Assembly (NCBI GenBank): GCA_002633005.1
Contig: NMRA01000640.1
Coordinates: 1-64,000 of the forward strand
Direction of reading: 5' to 3'
Length of the DNA: 64,000 nucleotides
From: Phoronis australis
Taxonomy: Eukaryota; Animalia; Phoronida
Part shown: one piece after another, positions 51,601-63,181 of the stretch
Layout: every line of letters starts with the position of its first letter
How positions within the stretch are numbered: position 1 is the first letter of the stretch
The notes under the pieces: generated by a model
The model's input: only the letters and a program-made list of their open reading frames with translations
Told to the model about the DNA's origin: nothing
The model's database searches: none
Position numbers and translations under genes: made by a program

Positions 51601-54600
51601 CCGGTCGCCGGGTGAGGTAAGAAAGAGTGCGTACATAGGATTGAATATCTCACGCGAGATGATCAGGTACCACTCGCGCAGTAGGCCACCCGCATCCTGA
51701 CCCTCTTCACCTGTAAGCAGGGCAAAGTTCATGACCGTTGGAAATTGCATAATCTTTTCTCAAAGCATTGATTGTTAACTTCATCAGGGCTTGGAATGAC
51801 CAATGACAAAAAAGGCGGAAACTTTTACGGCCCAAATCATGCCCGATAACAAGCCTTTGAAATGGTCAATGTGTACCTTTCCGCGACAAAAATCGGGACT
51901 AAAAAAAAAAAAAAACGTTACCACCATCAGTAGCATGCGTCTGCGTCCTTTTTGCTCGCCCGTCCACTCCCAACCCACACAATTTTGGCTGCAGAGCGGT
52001 AGTATTTGTCGCCGCGCTTAACAATAACACGAGCCGCCATTGAAAATCACACCACGCTTTACCCAGATGCCCCGGCAATGTTGACAATTTACGTTCCTCC
52101 GAAACATAAAGAGCAACTTTCGCTTTCTGAGATGAACGTCGTCTGCAACGCCGCGGTAAGAAAGGAATTTGCCGCGGAAATTTCATATCAAATCCGATTT
52201 TTTTACGCGGAAATATTATAAAAAAAGCAGAAAGCACATTTCAAAAAAGCGGAAATCTGCGTTTCCGCGGAAAATTCCAAGCCCTACTTCATGCCTTTGC
52301 CAATGAGAGGCTGTCACGCATGCCATTACGAAATGACTACAAATTGATTTCAACGACTACTACCAAACGACTACCCAATCAACAAGAAAATGTAACATGC
52401 ACCAAAACAAGTGGAATTAAGGTTATGCAGAACCTTATCAACATGCCTGTGTATTCATATAAATATTTATGAAATTATAGATTTTAACTCAGTAAATTCT
52501 GAATGAAAGTAGCAAGCCTGTAAAATTTCATTTTTGACTTTTTAGCAAATCTGTTACTATGGAATCATGCAACTACATTTTTTTAAAAAAATTAGCAAAA
52601 AAGCGAGTCACTTTGATAGCAACAAAATCAAAAACACAATAACACTTTCCTAAAACATCATTTTGTTTTATGCTACTGACAGTACTTCCAAGTTCTTTCA
52701 TGAAAATCAGAATTCCCATAATTTATAGAGCCTCATAGCAAAAGTGGGATATTTAAAACCAATTCGTGAAAGTGTTTTGGAGCACAATGCATAAAGCAAA
52801 GTATGTGAAAGCTTCATATGAATCCAATCAGACATGTCTGAGATTTGATGATCCGAAGTGAGGCAATTTGGAATTTTTTACTAGGTTCCTATATAAAGTG
52901 AAGACCACAGTCCTCTATGACAGAAAATCAATATTGACCTGGTTACCTTCTAGTCCTCATTAACATAATTCATGCAACTGATTCACTGAGTTCAGTACAA
53001 CGACCACAGCTCAGAATTAAATCTAAAGAAGTTTGCAGATTCAATAAACAAATGTGTAACAACTTCTTCAAAGCCCATGCAATGTGCGCAAGCTTTGGAA
53101 AGATCCAAGAACACATGCTTAGGCAGACGATAATCTCATGTCTAGATATGTTCTTTTCAGTAACGTATGGCTAATAAAACATCATTAAATAAGTCCATGG
53201 CTGCCTCCTTCAAATTCCTGAAGCCATGATACTCCAACATGAATGGAAAACGGTTTCACACCTCTTACACACACCCCAATTTACCTTCAAAGACGATGTA
53301 AAACCTGTGCTTCCACTCGTCGGAAGACCTGCGTAGGAGTTCACGGAACGAGTCCTCAAACACGTGATCGCGTCGAATGTGAACAGCCAGGTCTTCTCTC
53401 CTCAGCCTGGGACAATGAAAATTATATGAGTTTAGTGCAAACGATAAAGAGATGGTTCTGAGCATCAGCCCCAGAGTGCTGATGAATGTCTTACAACGTA
53501 TGAATAAACAGCTAATGAATTCTTACATATGCGACCTCCATTACCACCGATTCAAACAAAAGAATAGAACAGCACCTGGTAAAACTGTCAGTCTGTTGGC
53601 TAAGAATGCTGTTAAACTGCAGTTGTAATCCACCAAATTTAGGACCGATTTCATCCAGAAAAGGCAAGTACCAAACTTGCCAATTGGCACCGAAAAAGTT
53701 CCATGTCTTAGCGCAAAGTGTTCACCAAATAATAATATTCAAGATACAAGCTTCCAAACCTACAGAAATTCATCAGCAAACATGGCATAAGCCACATCAC
53801 AATGCGTCATTTCGAAAACGTGCTAAGCTGTACAAAAATCACGACACAGTTGTTTAAGCTACAACCGGACGACACGACAACTATCCTGTCTCCAAGAAGT
53901 CCCCCCTCCCTTACCTCACGCCTTCGTCCATTCGTTCAAGCTCTTGCCGGAAGTAGCGTCGCTTGACGTCGAAGTCAAGGACTCGTGTATGGTTGACTAG
54001 GACAGCGAATGGCCCGTCGGCCAGGTGAGTAGATGACTGGCGCAGAATCTGATTGAGCACAGTGTGGTGCGTCTCTGTAACATACAGTACACGTCTACAT
54101 CTGTCACTCATTGTCATCTGCAACCTGTCACTCACTGTCACCTTGCACTCAATAATTGAATGATTTTAGTACAACCGCAATAGCTTAAAAATCATCAGGA
54201 TGCAATATCAAAAATCAATCACACAAAATCTGGCTGTGAATCAAATAGCCACCTTGAATTCACTGCCTCTTTAATAAATTTCAATGCAAAAGTTGAAAAA
54301 AGTTATTCTGAGTTGATTGGCTGATGAGTGACAACTGATTGGCCAAAGTACATGTGAGTCACAACTGATTGGCCAGAGCATTTATAAGTCACGGCTGATT
54401 GGCTCCGGCGTTAACAATCCAAAACTTTTAAAAGCGTACTCAGGTAATACACAAAACTTCCATGACCAGTTTCATCATGTTTGGGCTATTTACCTTTCTT
54501 GAGATGTCAATTCTCTGAGATAACAAGTGTCAAACAACATAGCTTGTGGAACATGCTGTGAGAGACTTTAATGTGCCATACGTAGACAAATGGAAACTTT

Positions 54601-57600
54601 ACTCACCTGCAAACTTGACAAACTTCTGAGTGTCTGGCGGTAGGCTTGATGCAGTTGTACCAGACACCGACATGACTGAGTTCTCGCGAGTCAGCATGCC
54701 CGGGGCTCCACCCACAGCCCCAGCCAGCGCCTCTAGCGGGTTGCCAGGTGACATGGGTGCCTGATCATAGTTCAAGTGCGCCAACTGGTCTTCCCGACGC
54801 TGCGTAGACGATTCTTTTGCCTTGCTCTGTTCTTTCTCACCTAGGGCATCAAAAGCATTTATACTACAAGACTAGAACAAGCGGCATACATTAAAGGTGA
54901 CTACTACAGGATGTACCCAATTTACAAAACTATGAATTCCATAACAATCCACGTGTTTCTATCATATAATAACAAAGCAACGGTATCAACAAGACAGAAA
55001 GTCTTTTAGTCTTGTGACATAAACGGTAACAAAAGTTGTTTTTTCAGCCCCAGAATAGAATGAACTCACAACCCCAGCAGTCGCAGTCAAAGTCTTGCAA
55101 CTGGAGCTAAACCACACATGGTAAACAGACCAGTGGCTTGGTTAGTTTAAGCATATTTAACAGATGATGTCACTAGCCTGGATTTCACCAAATGACTGGC
55201 AGCCAACGACAAGAATTGGAAAATTGTAATAACATGACAAAAACACAACGGATTTTGGTCAAAGCAAATAACGTCAAAAAGCCAATTCCCTAAAATTGCT
55301 TATGACCATTAATCGTAAAAATTCATGTTAAAACCACAAATGCCGTTACAGTTCAATATTTGCCATTTAATGGAAGTATTGATCCAAGTCTCAACATCTG
55401 ACACTACACAATGCAAAACAGAATGAAACTAAAAACAACTGTCTAAAGGCATTTTCTAGAACAGCCAATGCTACAGACTTGGATAAACTCGAACAATTAC
55501 GATCAAGTCTTTCTGAAATACCAATGTTCTGAAGTTACTCAAATTCTTCGTCAATCTACTCATATCTTGAAACCATGTGCAGGATATCATCTCACCTGCA
55601 TGCACGATGAAGAAGGCCTCCACGGCAGGTTGTAATACAAGCACAGCGTGTTGGTCGGGGGTCTTGGCCAGCCATGACAGACACTCCCCAAGCACCTCCC
55701 ACAGTTCGTCCAACTGGAGTTGCTCACTCAGGCATGGCAACTGGGGTATCGCCGGGGCAACGCTAGTCTGTTTCGTGTCACCCGACTTTGTTGAGGTGCC
55801 TATAACAAAGAGATCATATAAGTTATTTCTGAATTGCTGTTGCGAAAACCAATTACATGCAGGGCTTGGAATGAGAAATGACAAAAAACGCGGAAACTTT
55901 TACGGCCCAAATCATGCGCGCTACCCAGCCTTGAAATGGTCGATGTGAACCTTTCCCCGACAAGTATCGGGAGGACTAAAAAAAAGAAAAAAAAAACGTT
56001 ACCACCATCATACCACTAGCACGCGTCTGCATCCTTTTAGCTCGTCCTTCCACTCCCAAGCCACACATTTTTGGCTGCAGAGCCGTAGTATTTGTCGCCG
56101 CGGTTTACAATAACACAAGACGCCATTGAAAATCCCACCACGCTTACCCAGATGCCCTGGCAATGTTGACAATTTACGTTCCTCCGAAACATAAAAAGCA
56201 ACTTCCGCTTTTGGAGGTGAACGTCGTCTGCAACGCCGCGGTAAGAAAGGAATTTGCAGCGGAAATTTTATATCAAATCCGAAATATAATAAAATGCGCG
56301 GACAGAACATTAAAAAATAGGGTAGCATTCAAACTGATGCCCCTGCAAAATGAAAATGGGCAACTTTGTGAATTCTTTAGTCCCAAAATAGAGAGATATT
56401 AACACAGACAAACTTTTTTGCTCTTAAAAAAAAATCCTTTTAACAGGTCAGTAACAGACTACCACCTCTTGGTGAAGCGGTACAGAACAAGTGGGTACCT
56501 GGCTGGTCGACGTCCATAGGGGGGTCAGTCACTGGATTTTGGACGCGCCTCTGTGCTGCCTCTACCCGCTCAGTTAAACGCTCAATCTCCTGCTCCAGGA
56601 AACTTATGTCACCCCCATTGTCTGAAACAGTGTCAAATAACAGGAATGACAATAATACTTACTGTTTCCACGAGTCTCACACTTCTTATAAACATCAAAG
56701 TTTCAAACTTACAAACGTAACCAGGCGAAACACTGTCATGAGTGCTACGCCTGTAACACCAAATATTGAAATGACTGCTTATAGCTGATAGGGCAGTGTA
56801 AAAATGACTTAGCACTGCCACCAACTTTACTGAAAATCCCTCCACTGTTGTTGGGGGAGTCTATTCCGATGGTGAATTTGGCTTCAGCTCAGCCCTTATG
56901 ACAGGGAATTTTGGGTCATTTTGTGGAAATAATTTTGGCATGTGTACTTTGGGTGATAACCGTAACAAGAGCCAGTAAAATACCGTGTTGCAAACCATTG
57001 TAAACTAGATTTATTGTAATTATAATTTTACAAAAAATTATCAAAATTGCTGGCGTATGACATCTGACCGAATATGGAAAAAGACAGTCATGTATTCCTG
57101 AATCAAAATTGGCTAAAATCGAGATGTATCTTATCCTCTCCCTATAAAGAAAGTTCGCATACAATCACTACAGTGCATGTACATAACTCACAGAATGATT
57201 CGGGGGAATTCTGGGAAGGAATAAAACTATGGTACCAAAACAACGGTAGTTTAAACCCAACCTTTTGCCTTTTTCTGAGCGTTCCTAGCTGCTTCGCGCA
57301 GCTGTATGATGACCTTGAGAATTCTCAGCAGAAACTGTTGACTTGACGTCTTGGTTGTCAATAGCGACATGGAGGGCACCTGGAGATCTCGACCTGCCTT
57401 GACCTTCTTCGGTGCACTGACCACAATAGAATGACCAGACTCGTACCTGCAATTTTGTTAATCACCAGAATGTAAGTAGGAAATGGATAAGAACAAGAAG
57501 AGTCCTCATTAGAGAGTGAAAATCTAATCGTATCAAGCCGACTAATACAGTGTTCACCTCCAAAACGATCGAATGTTTTCAAACAGGTATACAGGGGAAC

Positions 57601-60600
57601 ATTATATTTAAACCTCCAAACACAATCTGTTGTCCTCTTGTGTTCCTTGTCCTTAAGAGGTTGTCTATGCCAACTTAATGCTAATGCATAACCCAGTGTG
57701 CTAAATACACTATTTGAAAGTGATGACCATACAGATTCTTAAGTGTCTACAAAACAGACCATCGTTACTTACCAATCAGGTTAACTTAAGAAGCCTAAAA
57801 CAGTGCGTCCTTAACAAGTGTCCACAAGGGTGTTAAGTGCCAAATTGTTAAGCTGGCCCATGAGGGATTGTTCATGGAAAAATATGTCTGAGTAACGAAG
57901 CACCTTCATTTTCTATCTGTTTTTTTCATTTTTAAAAAATAACTACAGTCAAGTAGGATTTTATCGACATGCATACTAGATTCAATACATTTTATGCACT
58001 CGAATTTATACCAAGCACAAATAAGAAAGAGAGAACCCACTGCAAGGTAGCCAGTCTAACAATGAAACCAGGGCTCAAACTAGGGGTCTCACAAATGAGC
58101 GTCCACAGTCCAAATCAATCCACAAGAGCAACGCAGAGCGTTGAAATGCGCCCACAATTGCACCGCATACGGTATCCTTCTAGGGTTGTTTATTGGTACC
58201 ATAAAGTGGCCAGTAGAGGGCATATATGTAGTATGTTGTACTTTGCAAAATGGAAAGGCATGGTCCTTGTCTCCTCAATAGGCTAGGGGCAAAATGTGAG
58301 TAATCTTCATAATACAAGCACATCCTATACACCAGTTGCTTAAAGCACCACAGAAACATAGAATTAAAAACAAATTTACCAACATACGAGATTAGCACAG
58401 CATTAGAATGCCAGAAACAAATTTCTACTTGGAACTTTTCCTTCATAGTCACGAAGTAACACAAAGTACACACCTGAAGAAAATACAGAGGTCAATGTAA
58501 AATACTAAAATTGCCACTAGAGGCAAATACTAAAATTGCCACTAGAGGAATACCGGTAGTCAGAATCATCCTAAAGTCGTCATCGTCCGTTGTCAACATC
58601 ACATAAATACACTTGCTAAATTTAGTAAAGATCCTGCAAACGGTTTGGGAGATACAGCCATGGGCGCAAAAAAAAAAAAACTACCACTAGGAGGCGCCAC
58701 AGTAGTCCAAATCATCTGAAAATCATTGTCAGCTGTCTTCCTTATAGTAAGCACATACACGCCAATTTTCACAATCATCCTTTGAGCGGTTTGGTTGATA
58801 GAGGGGTGGACGCACAAAAACAGACTCGAAAACACTAAAAATGGCCACTAGGTGGCGCAAACTATGTCGAATCCATCTGAAAACGGCAGGATAGCGTCAT
58901 CTCACTACTAGATGCCTACATACCAAATTTCATGAAAATCCGTTCAGGACTTTTGAAGATACAAAGGTAAGCGTAAAAAAATAAAATTGCCACTAGGGGG
59001 CACACCGGTAATCGGATCCGTCCGAAAGTTCGCACATATAAATATGTGGGCGCATAATAATGCACTTATCACTTTCAGTGGACAGATACCTAGTACTTAT
59101 ATCGTTTTTCCTAAAACCTATCCGTGGAATGCCAACAAAACCTTGATACAACATCACTCACCTGTCTGGCAACTGTCCTTTCTGACCACCAGAGGTCACC
59201 GGCTCCTGGTCCTCGTCACCTTCAACTTGACCTTGAACTTCCCTCAGCTTGTTCATCAACTCCTGAAGCTCGGAAAGCAGCGCCCTATGGTGGCAATAAC
59301 AAAAATGTCAAGTATCGAAATTCGTAATGTTCTACATTTTGAAAAGATGCTATTTCAATCGGCTTGCTTTAGTTGACATTATAAAGCATTTGTCTTTCAT
59401 TTAAAATGAACTGTACACTCATGATGCAAATTTACCATTGAAAAACCATCACAGTTCAACTCTGTCACTGATCAGCTAATTCGTAGGTCAAAAAGGAATC
59501 GCAATTTTCCCTAAATAAAATTTTTAGCGTTTAGCTGAGCAGAGAGAAACCTTTAAAATGTTCAAAATGCTTGTCCACTGCTTCTAGACTGATTAAAATG
59601 TGAAAGGTGATCCGTAGCTTCGGAATGTGCAGCATATTGAGTTACAATGACTAGCGATCCGAAAGCACCGCGTCAACTGTGAAGTCACACCTGATGTGCT
59701 CGCAGACACGGCTCCCTAGCTCCCTGGCACCGGACAGCAGTAGTTTGAGCACCATATCACAGGTGGCGCTATTGGCCCTGGACAGCTGCAGCAGAAGGTG
59801 TGTGGCATCCTCTAGGCCTTCTTCAGAACATGCCTTGGATGTGAGCACCTGCAAAGACCACAGCAGAACCATCAGACACATGCAACTATCATCTGAACAC
59901 CACTGGCACATTACAAACTTGCAAAAGATTTGCACACAATTCACGTTAGACAGAATGCTTCGATGTCACGATCACTGATCTTGCTTCTTTTGTGTGGAGC
60001 ATGGAAATAAAATATTGGTTGAAATAAATTAAAACTATCATGGACTAGAACTGGTAGTATCCGTTTGAATTGAATTCACAGTCGTGACAACCTATGTTGG
60101 CATCGTTTTCTTCAAAGAAATATCATGATGATAAATGGTAGCCAAAAACAAAGTCATCATTTATGTTTTGTTGACCGAGGGACGTAACCAGGGTACATTA
60201 TTGGTTTCTGTCTTGTGAGTTCTACAAGACTACAAGAATGCTTCACAACACACTAGGCTGCTATCTAACTTTGGAAATTACTTTCAACTGGAATTGAATA
60301 ATTATATTTGTAATGAGACAGGGCAGTTTTACCTTCTTACCAACCACACAGACGATCGCGCAATTAATTTTCTATTGATAAAGAAGTGCAACCTGTGAAA
60401 AAAGAACCATCTCAGTTCTCACTAAAGCATTCTCATAAGACAAAAAGCATCCGCGAAAGAAAACAATCTCTTTAAAATGCCTGTGGACATGTATAATCCA
60501 TCTGTATCGCTCTGACTGGTTGAATATCACTGAAAATATTACGACACTGCAGTTGTCAAATGGGAACTCCAGAAGAAAACCCTTGGGCTTGAACATGCAA

Positions 60601-63181
60601 GCAACTTGGTGTTGACATACAAAATACATAGATTTCCTGAATGTTTTCACTGAAATTTCAACATCGTGCAACTGTAAGACGCCAGCCTTAAGCCATGTCA
60701 CAGTGCACACACATACCAATGTACCCTACTCCCTCATTTGATGAGTAATGCCCCTCGGAAGAAGGACTAGTGCTCATAGAAAGTCACTTTGTCTCATACC
60801 TTAATAGCATGGCCAGATGGTTGCCATTGTGTTGCTACGCGGACAAAAATATTCGCTAAAATTGTTGCCCTTTTCTCATTTTTCAAGGTCATTGTTATGT
60901 GAGTGCCAAAAAGGCTTCAAAATTTTGGGTGATGGTAGACATACGAAACTTGAACACTTGTAAGGCATTAATTTAATATATATTATATGAAAAAATAAAA
61001 TTTTAGATGTTTGCCAAATTATGACCTAAATTTGTGAAAGTATGACCTAGCTGAATGTACATCAGAGATGATCAACTGTGAAACCAGAAAGGGTCTTGTT
61101 GAAGTCTATCTCTTGGACAGATCTTGTCCATACTTGCCCCCACACTCAGAGGGTGCAGCGAACCAATCAACCAACCTACCTCAACAGAGGGCGCAGTGAA
61201 CAGAATAACAATCAACCACCCTACCTCAACAAAGGGTGTAGTGAACACAACTCCAATCAACCAACGTACTTCAACAAAGGGTGCAGTGAACACAACGTTA
61301 ATGAGCCAACCTACCTCAACAGCCAACTGCAACTGTGTCTCGAGGACAGCCTCCTCTGCAGTTTGCTGTTGACTTGTTGCAGGTTTGCCATCTTTCACAG
61401 GCAGTGGCGTGGATGTCACCAATTCCTCTGGAACAGACGAGTTCAAATGTCAACTCTCCGACAGTTCAATCCACGGTAACTCTTGTTGAACAACTTAACC
61501 TTCATGCAGTAAATTTAAAATAAACAGGACATTCCTCAGGAAAAATGAGTCGAACTTCCATGGTGCCCTGTTTACATACGAAGTTCACGATGTCAACATT
61601 TGTAGGGGCAATGGGGAGATAGAGAACAGCATGTTTTTTACTTACATCATATCTATTTTCACATCCAAACGTTTTGCAAGTATCAACAAAAATAGACCAA
61701 CATTAAGAAAATATCTCATCCCGTCGACATGAGTACTCAGGTACAAAAATTGATAACACTGATGTAACAAACAAAACAAAACAAAACACTGACCAATAGT
61801 TTTGCTTCATTCAGAATCTCACGTCCAGAGACATAGAGTATGTATAACATGATTATTGAAACTCACAAGACACCATGCACACTGCCTTATTCTACTGCAC
61901 GTCATAACAACACCAAAATACATCACAACTAACCTTGTGAAAGGGGCACCTCACTCACACTATGAGACCCAGTTACAACAGCTTGTGCTGGCGGTGTCGG
62001 CGTCTGCACTGCAGACGTCACAGCTGGTACAACAAGCGAAGTTGTCGATGTGGTCGTGGTCGTGGTCGTAGCTGCAGCTGTCACCATAGACGATGCTGCC
62101 GTTGTTGTGATGACTGTGGTCGACGTCGATGAGGTTGTTGCCGCGGCAGTGAGGTCGGGCAAGCCAATGGAGACCAATCCAAGTAGCCGCAGAAGACGGT
62201 CCGTAAGTGTTTGGCTCCGCCTAATCACCGGGTGCGCAAGCATAGCCATCAACAGGCCAATGGGCGCCGAATCCAGATTGGTTGGCAATGCATCCGCATC
62301 TGCGGATGGACCACTGTGCGTTCGCTGCACATTCTTGCCTTTACGGCTGGCACTGGTGTGATCCAGCTTGAGCAAAAGCTCCCAGAAATCATTTGCACCG
62401 GCACTGTCCTTCGGCTCCTTTTTATTACTGTCCATTTTGGATGGCGTCCTTGATCGCCCGTCATCCTTTTCTTTATCTTTTTCACACGCGGACACAGCTT
62501 CCTTCGCCTTGGATGGCAGAAAGTGGTTAGGGAAGCTCTTGGCCAGCGAAATCAGAGTGTCCAACACATGTCGGCAGACAGTACCAGCCGACTGAGGGTG
62601 GATGCTGATCCGCGCTGCACTGGCGTTATAGCTACTTCCATGCTTCTTTCCCAGTCCTGATGAGCCTGGCGTACTACTCGCACCGGTACGGTGTATCTGA
62701 AACACATTGGCGCGACAGCCAAGCGCCGCCTCCATCCCAATGGAGAGCCAACTGGGGTGCTGCGGCGGCGCCCTCACATAGTCCACACCAGCACAGTCGT
62801 GCGACGACGATTTCCGTTTCAAACGGTCACTACCCTTGGAACTGACCTCGGGAGTGTCTAGGGCCCGGCACTCAGCAGTCCGTTGAAGAATGGCAATAAG
62901 AGAATTTAACACCCAAGTCCTAGTCTGAGCATGATAACACAGATTCCTCAACACACGATGCAACCTACTAGTGTTCAATTTGGGCTCGTCCACGAATAGC
63001 AAGACCAGCAAGCAGGTTAATGCCTCGTGGTCCAGTAGATGTCGCCCTCGCAGCCGCACTGAGTTGGCACCAGAGGGTGCCACCTGGCCCACGCGCGAGC
63101 TGAAACCCCACTGACCGGCACGGGGGGCATGTGCACCAAACCGGAACCCGCTCCTCTGTGACGAAAATCGTCCAGTCAGAC
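48542..63181 (-). CDS. HUWE1: E3 ubiquitin-protein ligase HUWE1, 3' part (15 coding exons, about 1,210 aa including the HECT domain); 5' part lies beyond the window
   Basis: Exons: 61934-63181, 61315-61427, 59691-59848, 59162-59284, 57262-57446, 56499-56621, 55596-55799, 54607-54840, 53915-54074, 53285-53406, 51440-51710, 50903-51008, 50028-50327, 48823-49013, 48542-48644. All are GT-AG with consistent phases. HUWE1 signatures: [75 protein letters not shown]..., EGFGLA*. Confidence 0.97.
48823..49013 (-). CDS. HUWE1: HUWE1 HECT C-lobe exon
   Basis: [34 protein letters not shown]...LPCAHT; GTGAGT donor. Confidence 0.95.
49477..49643. repeat. 32-bp intronic minisatellite, about 5 copies
   Basis: Unit AAAATGTGTTACCCTTGCTATGTATCAAAGCT; one substitution in the last copy. 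Confidence 0.95.
50028..50327 (-). CDS. HUWE1: HUWE1 HECT exon
   Basis: [16 protein letters not shown]...[30 protein letters not shown]...NSLQ; 300 bp, phase 0-0. Confidence 0.95.
50903..51008 (-). CDS. HUWE1: HUWE1 HECT exon
   Basis: [35 protein letters not shown]. Confidence 0.93.
51440..51710 (-). CDS. HUWE1: HUWE1 HECT N-lobe exon
   Basis: [30 protein letters not shown]...[31 protein letters not shown]. Confidence 0.95.
51785..52286. mobile_element. hAT-like MITE with 6-bp TSD in a HUWE1 intron (copy 1)
   Basis: TIR CAGGGCTTGGAAT / ATTCCAAGCCCTA; CTTCAT flanks both sides (51779-51784, 52287-52292). Confidence 0.8.
53285..53406 (-). CDS. HUWE1: HUWE1 exon
   Basis: [38 protein letters not shown]; two possible acceptors 6 nt apart. 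Confidence 0.9.
53915..54074 (-). CDS. HUWE1: HUWE1 exon
   Basis: [52 protein letters not shown]. Confidence 0.93.
54607..54840 (-). CDS. HUWE1: HUWE1 exon
   Basis: ...[13 protein letters not shown]; TAG acceptor, GTGAGT donor, phase 1-1. Confidence 0.88.
55596..55799 (-). CDS. HUWE1: HUWE1 exon
   Basis: [18 protein letters not shown]...[18 protein letters not shown]. Confidence 0.92.
55860..56345. mobile_element. Second copy of the intronic hAT-like MITE (3' end altered)
   Basis: Highly similar to 51785-52286 over about 430 bp, same orientation; no matching TSD seen. Confidence 0.8.
56499..56621 (-). CDS. HUWE1: HUWE1 exon (poorly conserved linker)
   Basis: [26 protein letters not shown]...PMDVDQP; phase 1-1, GT-AG. 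Confidence 0.8.
57262..57446 (-). CDS. HUWE1: HUWE1 exon
   Basis: [34 protein letters not shown]; not captured in the ORF track frame. Confidence 0.9.
58122..59060 (-). mobile_element. HINE-like element copy 2 in a HUWE1 intron
   Basis: Reverse-complement homolog of 10138-11651 with fewer tandem units and no (GTCC)n segment; same subTIRs and hairpin. Confidence 0.85.
59162..59284 (-). CDS. HUWE1: HUWE1 exon
   Basis: [17 protein letters not shown]...KGQLPDR; phase 2-2. Confidence 0.85.
59691..59848 (-). CDS. HUWE1: HUWE1 exon
   Basis: [24 protein letters not shown]...[13 protein letters not shown]. Confidence 0.92.
61150..61322 (-). repeat. 45-bp tandem repeat (about 4 copies) overlapping a HUWE1 5' splice site
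   Basis: GTTGA(G/A)|GTA.G. recurs with the donor G at 61314, 61269, 61224 and 61179. Confidence 0.9.
61315..61427 (-). CDS. HUWE1: HUWE1 exon
   Basis: [16 protein letters not shown]...[11 protein letters not shown]; phase 1-0. Confidence 0.85.
61934..63181 (-). CDS. HUWE1: HUWE1 large exon (1248 bp) with Thr/Ser/Ala-rich tract
   Basis: [86 protein letters not shown]. Confidence 0.95.

Noticed and set aside
62050-62845. Several plus-strand ORFs antisense to the large HUWE1 exon
   Set aside because: Shadow ORFs of a GC-richer coding exon, with no independent motifs.
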